A DNA stretch of 62,915 bases, counting the filler, from Candidatus Tectimicrobiota bacterium (GTDB lineage Bacteria > JACPSX01), in assembly GCA_016193065.1 (NCBI GenBank). It is 5 parts of 5 records of this genome, joined end to end, with 100 filler letters (N's around TTAATTAATTAA, not from the genome) between each part and the next. Parts side by side here need not be neighbours in the genome. Positions count along the whole stretch, not along the records: positions 6,113 to 28,450 come from JACPSX010000058.1; 4 more parts are not named here. One strand, written 5' to 3'. The notes under the pieces are model-generated. The model made no database searches. It saw only the letters and a program-made list of their open reading frames with translations, and was not told the DNA's origin. The position numbers and the translations under genes are program-made. Below, piece by piece: positions 7,733 through 17,171 of this stretch. Within the stretch, counting starts at the first letter, position 1. Every line of letters starts with the position of its first letter.

Positions 7733-9131
7733 TCTGGGAACGGGGGAAAGTCGCGGCCGCATTCTGGTGGTGGATGATGAAGCCAACATCACCGATGCCA
7801 TCAAACGAGCCCTGGAGAAAACAGGCTTCGTGGTGGATGCCAGCACGGATCCTTTGCTGGCTCTGGAGATGGTGCAGAGGGGGACTTACGACCTGGTCAT
7901 CTGTGACGTCAAGATGCCTAAGATGGATGGCATTCAGCTTCTCAACAAGATCAAGGAGCACGACCCCAGCATCGGGGTCCTCATGATCACGGGATACGCT
8001 TCCCTGGAATCGGCCATCACCTGCATTAAGCTGGGCGCTCAGGATTATATTACCAAGCCCTTTAAACCGGATCACCTGCGGGTCCTGGTCGGAAAGGCCA
8101 TGGACCACCGACGGCTGGCCGACGAGAACCTCTTCCTGAAAGGGGAGATCCGGGGTTTCTATGGACGCGAGATTTTCATGGGCCAGAGCCGGGCCATGCG
8201 GGACATCTTTGACCTGGCCTTGAAAGTGGCGTCCAACAATTCCAACGTGCTGATCCTGGGGGAAAGCGGCACGGGGAAGGAAGTGGTGGCCCGCTTCATC
8301 CATATGAACAGTTCTCGCGCCGCCCGCCCCTTTGTCACGGTGAACTGCGCGGCCATTCCCGAGAACCTCCTGGAGAGCGAGCTTTTCGGCCACCACAAGG
8401 GAGCCTTTACGGGAGCAGTCTATACGAAGCGGGGCAGTTTCGAGCTGGCCGACGGGGGCACGCTTTTCCTCGATGAGATTGCCGAGATGCGCCCTGAGAT
8501 GCAGGCGAAGATCCTGAGGGTCTTGGAAGACTCCAGGGTCCAAAAGGTGGGCTCGGAGGAGGCCGTTCAGGTCGACGTCCGCGTCATTGCGGCCACCAAC
8601 AAGAACCTGGACGAGGAGATGGCGGGAAACCGCTTCCGGGATGACCTCTACTACCGGTTAAACGTCGTTCAGATTGCGATCCCTCCTCTGCGCCAACACC
8701 TCCAGGACGTGGTCCCGCTGGCCCGCCACTTTCTGGCCCAGTACTGCAAGGAGCTCAAGAAAAGTGTGGGGGATTTCTCCGAAGATGCCCTTGAGTTCCT
8801 GGCCCGCTATCCCTGGCCCGGCAACATCCGTGAGCTCAAGAACGCCATCGAGCGCGCCGTAATCTTTGCAGAGCCGGGGGGGTTGATTCGCACCAAACAT
8901 TTTCCTCAGCATATGGTCAGCGAGGCCCGGGATCCGACGAGGATCTCTGCCGGAAAGGATCTAAACTCTCTGCCGAGCCTGCGGGAGGCGGAGATTAGCT
9001 ACATCCGGGAGGTCCTGGAGCTTTGCCATGGGAACCGCACCCGGGCCGCGGAAATCCTGGGAGTCTCTCCTGTCACCCTCTGGCGCAAGCTGGGCAAGGA
9101 GGAGGGTCAGCCTTCCACTCAAGACGATTGA
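7725..9131 (+). CDS. Sigma54-dependent NtrC-family response regulator
   Basis: REC domain (ILVVDDE, DVKMP), [22 protein letters not shown], Fis-type HTH. Confidence 0.96.
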   Translation: MVDLGTGESRGRILVVDDEANITDAIKRALEKTGFVVDASTDPLLALEMVQRGTYDLVICDVKMPKMDGIQLLNKIKEHDPSIGVLMITGYASLESAITCIKLGAQDYITKPFKPDHLRVLVGKAMDHRRLADENLFLKGEIRGFYGREIFMGQSRAMRDIFDLALKVASNNSNVLILGESGTGKEVVARFIHMNSSRAARPFVTVNCAAIPENLLESELFGHHKGAFTGAVYTKRGSFELADGGTLFLDEIAEMRPEMQAKILRVLEDSRVQKVGSEEAVQVDVRVIAATNKNLDEEMAGNRFRDDLYYRLNVVQIAIPPLRQHLQDVVPLARHFLAQYCKELKKSVGDFSEDALEFLARYPWPGNIRELKNAIERAVIFAEPGGLIRTKHFPQHMVSEARDPTRISAGKDLNSLPSLREAEISYIREVLELCHGNRTRAAEILGVSPVTLWRKLGKEEGQPSTQDD

Positions 9132-9158
9132 CTGCTTGTGAGCCGGGCAGGATCGGGG

Positions 9159-9191
9159 TTCCGGATAGGTTCCGGGAAGGGTCTTTTTTTT
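9159..9191 (+). terminator. Putative intrinsic terminator
   Basis: TTCCGG-loop-CCGGGA hairpin followed shortly by a T run after the regulator stop. Confidence 0.4.
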
Positions 9192-9244
9192 GCGGGGGCG
9201 GTGACTTTGGGCTTGCTCGGGTTCAGGTTGGGAGGGAGTCGAAG

Positions 9245-10013
9245 GTGGCCTGGTACTGGATCGGCTTTGTTGTTTTTATCCTCGTGATGCTGGCCCTTGA
9301 CTTGGGTCTTTTTCATCGCCGGGCCCATATCGTTTCCCTGCGGGAGGCAAGCCTTTGGAGCGTCGTATGGGTGAGCCTGGCCTTTGGGTTCAATGGACTC
9401 ATCGTCTGGACTCAGGGTTCCGTCAAGGGCCTGGAATTTCTCACCGGCTACCTCATCGAGCTTTCCTTGAGCGTGGACAATCTGTTTGTGTTTGTGATGA
9501 TTTTTCTTTACTTTGCCGTTCCAGCCCAGTATCAGCACCGGGTCCTTCTCTGGGGGATCGTTGGCGCTTTGATCATGCGCGGAATCTTCATTGCTTTGGG
9601 GACACTGCTCCTGGCGCGGTTTCACTGGATCATCTACCTCTTCGGTGGCTTCCTGGTCCTGACGGGGATCAAGATGGCCGTTCAGCCCCATGGCCAACTG
9701 CATCCGGAGAAGAACCCCGTGCTTCGATTTTGCCGCAGAGTCTTTCCCGTAACTCCCGGCTACGAGGGGCAGCGCTTTCTAGTCCGCAGGGGGGGGCGCC
9801 TCTGGCTGACATTACTTTCTCCTGGCAGGCATCGTGAATCGGTTTCGCTTCCTGAAGTTTGGGTTGGCGATCGTTCTGTGCTTCGTGGGGATAAAGATGC
9901 TCCTGTCGGAAATCTACCCTATCCCCATAGGAGTTTCCCTGGCAATCGTGGCTGGAATCCTGTTCCTGTCGGTTCTTGCTTCCCTGGTTTTCCGTTCGAA
10001 ACAGGAGCGCTAG
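9245..10013 (+). pseudogene. TerC/Alx-family membrane protein with internal deletion and frameshift near 9812
   Basis: GYLIELSLSVDNLFVF, YQHRVLLWG; the segment containing the DSIPA motif is missing, and the C-terminus YFLLAGIVNRFRFLKFGLAIVL...SKQER* continues in another frame. Confidence 0.85.
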
Positions 10014-10088
10014 ACCCCTTGCTGGAGACCTCCTGTTTCCTCCGATCCTATTGTTTTTCCCTTCCTTTCCGGAGAAATACCTCAGTCC

Positions 10089-10278
10089 ATTCAAAATGCA
10101 ACTAGATTGCAAATTGCAATAAACGTGTAACCATTTGAATTTGATTGAGAAACGATAAGTTCTTTGCAATCTGCAATGGTTAACCTTCCTCAAAAACTTC
10201 CTGCAGTCTGCCACCATCCAAATAACTCTTTATATAATAGATAGTTAAATTATTAAACCGGTTGGCATTTGGATTGCA
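10089..10278 (+). promoter_or_regulatory. Sigma54 promoter with upstream TTGCA-N3-TGCAA candidate enhancer sites
   Basis: TGGCAT-TTGGA-TTGCA at 10263-10278 (GG-N10-GC); palindromes at 10107-10119 and 10164-10176, degenerate at 10089-10101 and 10201-10213; AT-rich spacer. Confidence 0.8.
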
Positions 10279-10330
10279 AACTGAAAAGGCCAGGTAGGGA
10301 GAAAGAACCTTGCAGGAGAAGGAAAGGTCC

Positions 10331-10735
10331 ATGAGGGTTGCAGCACAAAATCCAATTCCGGTTCCAGAAATCGGATCGATCCAGGTATGGCACCGGGAGA
10401 AATGCCTGCGCTCCATCGAGCGCCCCCAGGGGCAGATCCGGGTTCTCTTCGACGGCGGTGCTTTTGAGGTCGTGTCCATTGAGATCCAGCCCCGATCGGC
10501 TCTTGAGGAGCCTTACCTCTGGGGCGAGACGGCCATCTTGGTGCTGTCCGAGGGCGAGCTGTTGATGGAAGAAGGGGGGGATTCTTACGAGGTATTGCAT
10601 GGGGACAGCATCCGGCTGGGAAAACAGTTTCACTTCCGATTGGTGAACCGTCAACCCCACCGGGCGTTGCTCTACGGAATCATCACGAAGGAGGAAGGCC
10701 AGAACCCTCCTCCGCGGGAAGGAGGTCAACAATGA
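10331..10735 (+). CDS. Hypothetical protein, cupin-like beta-barrel
   Basis: GETAILVLSEGELLMEEGGDSYEVLHGDSI resembles cupin motifs; first gene after sigma54 promoter; start uncertain (10310 or 10331). Confidence 0.6.
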   Translation: MRVAAQNPIPVPEIGSIQVWHREKCLRSIERPQGQIRVLFDGGAFEVVSIEIQPRSALEEPYLWGETAILVLSEGELLMEEGGDSYEVLHGDSIRLGKQFHFRLVNRQPHRALLYGIITKEEGQNPPPREGGQQ

Positions 10736-10995
10736 CTCTGCAGCAAAAGTACGTTTTGTGGATGACCGGAGTGTTTGTGGCTGTGCACGCGATCAGCATC
10801 GGTTTGAGCACCTGGTACTTCGGCTATATGGACAGGGCGGTGGTGGCTCAGATGGCCCAGGTCCTCCTGCCGGCCGTTATGATCGCCGGGGTACTGTTCC
10901 ACGTGTACCGCCGTCGTAGCGAGGCAACGGAGGCCGGGTCACAGCCAGTGGTCGCAGGTCGGGTGAAGTTTTCAGCCCAGGAAGTGAGAGGCTAA
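10732..10995 (+). CDS. Small membrane protein (2 TM)
   Basis: GGAGG RBS, ATGA overlap with upstream stop, two hydrophobic segments. Confidence 0.7.
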   Translation: MTLQQKYVLWMTGVFVAVHAISIGLSTWYFGYMDRAVVAQMAQVLLPAVMIAGVLFHVYRRRSEATEAGSQPVVAGRVKFSAQEVRG

Positions 10996-10996
10996 C

Positions 10997-11200
10997 ATGA
11001 AAAGCAGCGCGACGTTCATGACCACGGCGATGTCCGCACCATTCAGGACACGGGAAGTTTCCGTGGCAAGCGGGGTCCGGGAAAAAGAGAACCGAACCTT
11101 CTTCGTGGTCACTGGGATTCTGATCGGCACGGGCATCTTCTCAGCAGTGGTGTCTGTAGCCATGCTGGTCTACGGCTATATCCAGTACACCAGTTGGTAA
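10997..11200 (+). CDS. Small membrane protein (1 TM)
   Basis: Translationally coupled (TAAC-ATG), hydrophobic C-terminal half. Confidence 0.6.
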   Translation: MKSSATFMTTAMSAPFRTREVSVASGVREKENRTFFVVTGILIGTGIFSAVVSVAMLVYGYIQYTSW

Positions 11201-11246
11201 GTCGATAGAGATCGCGAATCAAAGTGATCTTGAGAGGAATGGTACA

Positions 11247-12509
11247 ATGACAACAACCGCGAACTTTCAACCCCCAGCAGGGCTAGCTGACCCCCACCGG
11301 GAAGGGCTCCCCGGCTATGCTTACCTGGCTGGCTTGCTGGCGATGCTGGTGGGGGTCGGGATGTATGTGTTCTACCGCCAGACAGCACTGGGCCTGGGAA
11401 TCACGGGACTCAACCGTCCGGTGCAGTGGGGCATTTACGTGGCCAACTTCATCTTCTGCGTGGGGCTCAGCGCCGGCGGCATCGCCATTTCCGCCATGGC
11501 CCATACCCTGAATCTGGAGAAGCTTAAGAGTGTTGCCGTGGTGGCTGAAGCCATGGCGATCAGCTTCCTGATCCTGGCCGGGACTTTCATCACCCTGGAT
11601 CTGGGGCGGCCCGACCGGCTCTTCTTCCTGATGCTCTATGCCCGTCTCACCTCCCCTCTTCTCTGGGACGTGATCGTGATTACCGCGTATCTAGGGCTCT
11701 GTTCAGCCCTCCTCTTCTTCAGCGTGCGCCCGGAGATGGTAGAGAAATTCGCCTCCTATGCCAAGACCCGCTGGCTTGCCCGCCTTTTCTCCTTGGGGGC
11801 TCCGCTGCCGCTTTCGCGCGGCGCTCTGGAAGTGAATCACAAGGTCCTCAGGATCCTGGCTATCGTCTCGATTCCTGGATTCGTGGCCCTGCACTCGGTG
11901 ACCGCTTGGATCCTGGGATTGGTGAAAGGGCAGGCGGGTTGGAATACCACGATCCTGGCCCCTCTGTTCATCGTTTCTGCCCTTGTGTCCGGAATGGCCG
12001 GGGTCATTCTGAATGTCTTGCTGGCCCGCTGGATGTTCAAGATCAAGGTCGACGACAGCGTGGTGATCCAGCTCGGCAAGTACCTCTTTCTCCTGATTCC
12101 GGTCCTCATGTACTTTCTGTTCAGCGAGTATCTGACGGTGGGGTATTCCGGGAGCGTGTCCCACGTGGCGGTCCTTGACGAACTGCTCAAGGGCCGTTTT
12201 TCGGGGATCTTCTGGTTTGACGTGATTGTGGGCCTGCTGATCCCCTTGGTCCTGTTGGGGCTCCCGTGGACCCGCAAACCCCTGTGGATCGGACTCTCCT
12301 CGTTTATGGTGGTCATTGGGGTGTTCACCGAGCGACTCTACATTCTTCTTCCCTCCCTGATGACTCCAAACCTGCCAGTTGCGGCCATTTATGAGCCCAC
12401 GAAGGCCGAGTGGACGTTGATGGTGGGGACATACAGCCTTGGGCTGCTGATGTTCATCGCTATCTTGCACATCATCTACGGTTTCAAGGAAAGCCGCACT
12501 GCCCGGTAA
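11247..12509 (+). CDS. NrfD/PsrC (DsrP/HmcC-like) quinone-interacting membrane subunit
   Basis: GITGLNRPVQWGIYVANFIF, LDLGRPDR, SPLLWD, LHSVTAW, about 10 TM helices. Confidence 0.9.
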   Translation: MTTTANFQPPAGLADPHREGLPGYAYLAGLLAMLVGVGMYVFYRQTALGLGITGLNRPVQWGIYVANFIFCVGLSAGGIAISAMAHTLNLEKLKSVAVVAEAMAISFLILAGTFITLDLGRPDRLFFLMLYARLTSPLLWDVIVITAYLGLCSALLFFSVRPEMVEKFASYAKTRWLARLFSLGAPLPLSRGALEVNHKVLRILAIVSIPGFVALHSVTAWILGLVKGQAGWNTTILAPLFIVSALVSGMAGVILNVLLARWMFKIKVDDSVVIQLGKYLFLLIPVLMYFLFSEYLTVGYSGSVSHVAVLDELLKGRFSGIFWFDVIVGLLIPLVLLGLPWTRKPLWIGLSSFMVVIGVFTERLYILLPSLMTPNLPVAAIYEPTKAEWTLMVGTYSLGLLMFIAILHIIYGFKESRTAR

Positions 12510-12523
12510 TTGGCGCCCTCTCA

Positions 12524-12547
12524 CCCTCTCCCCCTCGGGGGAGAGGG
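12524..12547. repeat. REP-like palindrome CCCTCTCCCCC/GGGGGAGAGGG
   Basis: Perfect inverted repeat just after the NrfD stop; related motifs at 28716-28739 and 30987-31016. Confidence 0.7.
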
Positions 12548-12556
12548 ACAATGGAT

Positions 12557-12745
12557 GGACAGCCAGAGTGGCGGCCCCAAAAATATCGCGTATTCCGGAT
12601 ATCAAGAAGTTGGCCTTGTGTATCATGCAGTCCAGGATCGCATAGCGTTGGTTTTTTTTTGTCGGATCGGGGTGGAGGGACAGCCAGAGTGACGGCCCCA
12701 AGAATATCGAGTATTCCGGATATTAGAAAGTTGGCCTTGTGTATC
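12557..12745. repeat. Two imperfect 68-bp direct repeats (12557-12624, 12678-12745)
   Basis: GGACAGCCAGAGTGrCGGCCCCAArAATATCGmGTATTCCGGATAT...AAGTTGGCCTTGTGTATC twice, period 121 bp. Confidence 0.9.
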
Positions 12746-12848
12746 GAGCCGATTCGGGGGTATCGTAGCTTCCGTTAGATTGCCTATTCATACAGTAATG
12801 AATTACGGAGGGGAGTTTAGCAGGGAGACTTTCAGGGAGGAAGCGGGT

Positions 12849-13193
12849 ATGAAGCGGTTCCTGTATGCGGGTGTCCTGGTCGTAGCTGTCCTGGCGGTCG
12901 CTCTCATCTCCGGAAACAGTTTCGGACAGGTAAAAAAGGTTGGCGGTGGCGACATCAAGTACACCAATACCAAAGGATTGGGCCCCGTTACTTTCAGCCA
13001 TGCCTTCCATGACGGAAAAGGACTTAAGTGCACGGAATGCCATACGAAGATCTACAAGATGAAGAAGGGCGAGGCGAAGGTCGATATGGCGACCCTGAAC
13101 AAGGGTGAGTCCGGCGGAGCCTGCCACAACGGCCAGAAGGTCTTCTCCTCGAAGGCTCCCAACGACTGCAGCCGCTGCCACATCAAAGGGTGA
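12849..13193 (+). CDS. c7-type (triheme-domain) periplasmic cytochrome c; middle heme motif is GGACH
   Basis: Signal peptide; VTFSHAFH...CTECH...M...GESGGACHNG...F...CSRCH. Confidence 0.88.
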   Translation: MKRFLYAGVLVVAVLAVALISGNSFGQVKKVGGGDIKYTNTKGLGPVTFSHAFHDGKGLKCTECHTKIYKMKKGEAKVDMATLNKGESGGACHNGQKVFSSKAPNDCSRCHIKG

Positions 13194-13272
13194 TTCTGCC
13201 CGAAAGAGACGATCAACTTACCCAGTGGAAACCTGGCGTGGCTAGTACAACCCGGCCTCGCTGATCCCGGAC

Positions 13273-13303
13273 CAGGACCCCTCGGCAGCCCCGAGGGGTC
13301 CTG
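13273..13303. other. Strong 13-bp intergenic hairpin
   Basis: CAGGACCCCTCGG-CAGCC-CCGAGGGGTCCTG, no U tract. Confidence 0.6.
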
Positions 13304-13448
13304 CTGTGCTGGGAGTCTTTCGGATGCCGGGTCTCTGGGGCTGGTCCTCGAAAGCTGCAGAGAATTGCGGGGTGGAAAGCGCTTCGCGTATAATGGCGGC
13401 AGGCCAGAAGAGTGGGGCGAGCCGCTTTCCTCTTAAGGGTGTTATTCC

Positions 13449-14405
13449 ATGGTGTCCAGAAAGACCCTGATGATCGGGGCAGTCATCGCGTTGGGGCTGG
13501 TCGTCCTCGGCCTCGGCGGGTTTGGATTTATGACGTACAACTACGTGGAGAACAACCCCGCCTTTTGCGCTTCCTGTCACATCATGCAGGATGCTTGGGT
13601 GAGATGGGCCCAGAGCCCTCACAAACAAATCACCTGCCACAGTTGCCATGTGCAGAGCAAGGTGGACAGCGCCCGCCTTCTCGTCAAGTGGGTGACGCTG
13701 CGCCCCACGGCGGTGGAAAGTCACGCGGTGGTGGAGGTGGAGCGCTGCACTCAGTGCCACGCGTCCAAGGACAAGCGCTGGCCGCAAATTGCGGAGACGG
13801 CGGGTCACAAGGTCCACTTTGCCCGCGCCGGGATCCAGTGTCTTGACTGTCACGGCCAGGGCATCCACCGTTTTAGTCCTCCGGCGGAAGTCTGCAAGAA
13901 GTGCCATGCGAATGTAGTGGTCAAGGCCCGGGGGATGGCTACCCTGCACTGCACCACCTGCCATAATTTCCTGGCCCAAAAGGGAGAACTTGCGCACCCC
14001 ACCCGGAAGGACTGCCTCGATTGCCACAAGACAATGAAAGTCAAGTCCGAGGTGTTTGCCACGACTGCTCCTATGCTGTTTGAGTGCGGCACCTGCCACA
14101 AACCCCATTCCCAGCCGGTGCCCGTACGAAAAGATTGCCTGGCGTGTCATCCCGAGCCTCAACTGGTGGGCCTGCACCAAAAGATGGCCCATGCGGATTG
14201 CGTTTCCTGCCATCGCCCTCACCTGTGGAAAGTCAGCGGCCGGAGCACCTGCGAGGCCTGTCATGTGGATCGCAAGAGCCATTTCGGCCCGACCCCCTGC
14301 TTCCAGTGTCACCGCTTCGGCGGCGGTGCGCCTGGAGGCAAGAAGGCGGAGGGTGTGAACAGGGAGGAGCTATGGGGAGAAGCCCGGAGTTCCTCCTGGC
14401 GTTAA
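13449..14405 (+). CDS. Membrane-anchored dodecaheme cytochrome c with NapC/NirT-like N-terminus
   Basis: N-terminal TM then FCASCHIM; 12 CxxCH motifs counted. Confidence 0.9.
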   Translation: MVSRKTLMIGAVIALGLVVLGLGGFGFMTYNYVENNPAFCASCHIMQDAWVRWAQSPHKQITCHSCHVQSKVDSARLLVKWVTLRPTAVESHAVVEVERCTQCHASKDKRWPQIAETAGHKVHFARAGIQCLDCHGQGIHRFSPPAEVCKKCHANVVVKARGMATLHCTTCHNFLAQKGELAHPTRKDCLDCHKTMKVKSEVFATTAPMLFECGTCHKPHSQPVPVRKDCLACHPEPQLVGLHQKMAHADCVSCHRPHLWKVSGRSTCEACHVDRKSHFGPTPCFQCHRFGGGAPGGKKAEGVNREELWGEARSSSWR

Positions 14406-15274
14406 TCTTCTGCACTCTTCTCCTGTGGGGCAGCGCCTGGGCTGCTCCTCTTCAGGCGGAGTGGCCGGAACACCGGATCCGGCTTGCTTTGGGATCCCAA
14501 TCCCCCTTTCCGCAAGCGCTGCAGCACTACCAGCCTCTGGTCAATTACCTGGAGCGAAAGATCGGGATTCCCATGGATCTGGTGCAGGTCCCGGAGGCTT
14601 CCGACCAGTTGAGACGGTTGGACCAGGGATCCGTCGACCTGGCCCTCGTGGATGGGGCTGTTTATTGGAAGTACCGCTCCCGTCTGGATTTGCTGGGAAT
14701 CCAGAGGATCCGCGGGTCCTTGCAGCGCAGGGCTCTGCTGGCTGTGCGAAGTACGGCTTCCATTAGGACTCCGGCCGACCTGGACGGCAAGCCGATGGCG
14801 AGCGCCGATGACTGGGATACCCTGGGCACTCTCTGGATCCTCTCCGCTGCGGGGCCGGAGGTGCAACCGCGTTTCGTGCGCGCCTCCAGTTATGTGGCTG
14901 CCCTGCAGGATGTGATCCTGGGGAGAGCCGAGGGGGCCGCGGTGGAAGAGGATGTCTTCCGGCACTTTTTCTCCCGCTACCCCCGGTACCGGGGGAGTGT
15001 CCGGGTGATCGCGACCTCACCCTTCTTTTCCAACCTGGCGCTGGTCGTCAGGCGGACCTTGTCGGCTGCGGCGCGCAGGGAATTTCAGAGTGTCGTTCGC
15101 AGCATGGGGGAAACTCTCGAGGGGGCTGCCGTTTTGGCCGCCATAGGGATCGGGGGGTTTGTCCCGGTTGACGCCGGCTTTTTTAAAGAGGAAGAACTGT
15201 TGTTGTCCCGTCTAGCCCGCTTGGGGGCCAAAGGGGATCTCCATGGGGTTCCTGCAGCGATTTTCGCAAAATAG
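14372..15274 (+). CDS. PhnD-like (phosphate/phosphonate-type) periplasmic binding protein
   Basis: Signal peptide ending AWA, YQPLVNYLERKIG, DLDGK, LQDVILGRAEGA; RBS GGGAGGAG. Confidence 0.8.
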   Translation: MGRSPEFLLALIFCTLLLWGSAWAAPLQAEWPEHRIRLALGSQSPFPQALQHYQPLVNYLERKIGIPMDLVQVPEASDQLRRLDQGSVDLALVDGAVYWKYRSRLDLLGIQRIRGSLQRRALLAVRSTASIRTPADLDGKPMASADDWDTLGTLWILSAAGPEVQPRFVRASSYVAALQDVILGRAEGAAVEEDVFRHFFSRYPRYRGSVRVIATSPFFSNLALVVRRTLSAAARREFQSVVRSMGETLEGAAVLAAIGIGGFVPVDAGFFKEEELLLSRLARLGAKGDLHGVPAAIFAK

Positions 15275-17162
15275 CCTCAAGTTTCAGGTCACGGCCACCA
15301 TCACGGGGCTCATCCTGTTCATCTCCTTTGGTCTTTTCTTCATGTACGTGGCCAATGAGTTTGCCCAGTTGCGACGATCAGCCCGGCAGGAGGCCGAACG
15401 TCTGGCAGGGATCGTGGCCCAAGCCGCCCTCCCTCACCTGGTGCGGCGGGACTATGCCCTTCTGCAGGATCTGGTCCGGGGGTTCAGCAAGGATCCTGCC
15501 GTGCAGTCCATGTGGGTTGCCGATGAACGGGGATTGGTTTTGGCTCACTCGGAACCGGATTTCTTCGGAGAACCCCTGGGTCCGGTGGTGCAGGGGCCCC
15601 CGTTCAGCGAGAACAGAGTTTTGATCCGGGAAGATCTGCGCAAGAACCTTCTGCACGTGGAATTTCCCATGGTCCTGGCCGGCAACCGGTGGGGGACGGT
15701 GGGGATGGAGTACTCAACCGCTTCCTTGCAGGAGACGCTGGGCATCCTGGGAGGGGAAGCCCTCCTGGTGACGGGTCTGTTCGTCCTGGTCGGTTTCTGG
15801 CTTGGAGCCGTCTTTTCCAAAAGGATCACCGCACCGGTCTCTGAACTCACCCGAGCTGCAAGCGCTTTGGAGGCCGGAGACTTCAACATCGAAGTTCAGG
15901 TGGAGGCGGAAAACGAAGTGGGGGTCCTGCAGCACCATTTCGCCCGCATGGCGCGGGCCCTGGCCGAGAGCCAGAGGGAGTTGCAGGAAAAGAACGAAGC
16001 CCTCAACACATTGAATCAGGAACTGGCGGGCCGGGTTCGGGAGGCCACAGCAGAGCTTTCGCGGACCATGGAGTATTTGAGCTTTATATTGAAGAGCGCC
16101 CGGGATGCCATTATCACCACGGACCGGGCCGGGAGCGTGCAAACCCTGAACCGGGCCGCTGAAGAATTGTTGGATGTGGGGAGAGAGGATCCCCGGGGGA
16201 AGCCGGTGGCGGAGCTTTTGGGCAAGAGCAAGGAGGTTTCGGAAGCTTTAAGTCAGGTGGTCGACAAGGACCAGACCCGCGAGATCGAGACTCGCATCCG
16301 GGACCGCAGGGGGGAAGAGAGGCTACTGAACTCCACCATTTCCCCGCTGAAATCCGATGCCGGTGATCTCCTGGGCGCCGTGGTGATTGCCAGCGACTTG
16401 ACCGAGAAGAAGCACTACCAGGAGGAACTGATGCGCTCCGAGAAGCTGGCCAGCGTAGGGGAACTGGCGGCTGGTGTGGCCCACGAAATCAACAACATCA
16501 TCATGGTCATCCTGGGCTTCGCCGATCTGCTGCTGCGCCAGACGGGTCCCGATCACCCCTCGACCCAGGATCTGAAGATGATCGAGAAAGAAGCCAAGCG
16601 GGGGAGGGACATTGTCCAGCGACTCCTCCGTTTTGCACGACCTCAACCCCTGAAACTGGCCTGGACCGATCTGGAATCGATCCTGGAGAACACCGTCTCC
16701 CTTCTGTCTCACCAGATCCGCAAGAGCGGAATCCGGGTCGAGAAGGACTATGATCCACGGGTCTCGGCAATTGTTTGCGACCGGGGCCAGCTCGAGATGG
16801 TTTTTACCAATATCGCCCTCAATGCTATCCAGGTTCTTGGCGACGAGGGGATTCTCAGGATCAAAACAGGGGCCAAGGGTGCCGACCGGGTCGAGGTGAT
16901 GATCTCCGACAACGGGCCGGGAATCCAGCCCGAGCACATGGGCAAGATTTTCGATCCGTTTTTTACCACCAAAGAGCCGGGCCAGGGAACGGGTCTGGGA
17001 CTCTCCGTCGCCTACCGGATCGTCCATGAACACGGTGGGATCATCCGGGTGCGAAGCCGGCCCGGCCAGGGGACCGATTTTTTCATCGAGTTGCCCGTCG
17101 GTTCTGAACGAGAGGGAGCACAGGCGCTTCCCACCTCCGGGGATTTCGGGGAGAAGAGGTAG
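15243..17162 (+). CDS. HAMP-PAS sensor histidine kinase (NtrB-like)
   Basis: 2 [38 protein letters not shown]. Confidence 0.95.
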   Translation: MGFLQRFSQNSLKFQVTATITGLILFISFGLFFMYVANEFAQLRRSARQEAERLAGIVAQAALPHLVRRDYALLQDLVRGFSKDPAVQSMWVADERGLVLAHSEPDFFGEPLGPVVQGPPFSENRVLIREDLRKNLLHVEFPMVLAGNRWGTVGMEYSTASLQETLGILGGEALLVTGLFVLVGFWLGAVFSKRITAPVSELTRAASALEAGDFNIEVQVEAENEVGVLQHHFARMARALAESQRELQEKNEALNTLNQELAGRVREATAELSRTMEYLSFILKSARDAIITTDRAGSVQTLNRAAEELLDVGREDPRGKPVAELLGKSKEVSEALSQVVDKDQTREIETRIRDRRGEERLLNSTISPLKSDAGDLLGAVVIASDLTEKKHYQEELMRSEKLASVGELAAGVAHEINNIIMVILGFADLLLRQTGPDHPSTQDLKMIEKEAKRGRDIVQRLLRFARPQPLKLAWTDLESILENTVSLLSHQIRKSGIRVEKDYDPRVSAIVCDRGQLEMVFTNIALNAIQVLGDEGILRIKTGAKGADRVEVMISDNGPGIQPEHMGKIFDPFFTTKEPGQGTGLGLSVAYRIVHEHGGIIRVRSRPGQGTDFFIELPVGSEREGAQALPTSGDFGEKR

Positions 17163-17171
17163 GGCAGGGCT

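Noticed and set aside
9131-9245. yybP-ykoY manganese riboswitch upstream of terC
   Set aside because: Aptamer consensus is not recognisable; only a terminator-like hairpin is visible
12557-12745. Possible CRISPR array
   Set aside because: Only two units, 68 bp long, with no cas genes in the window
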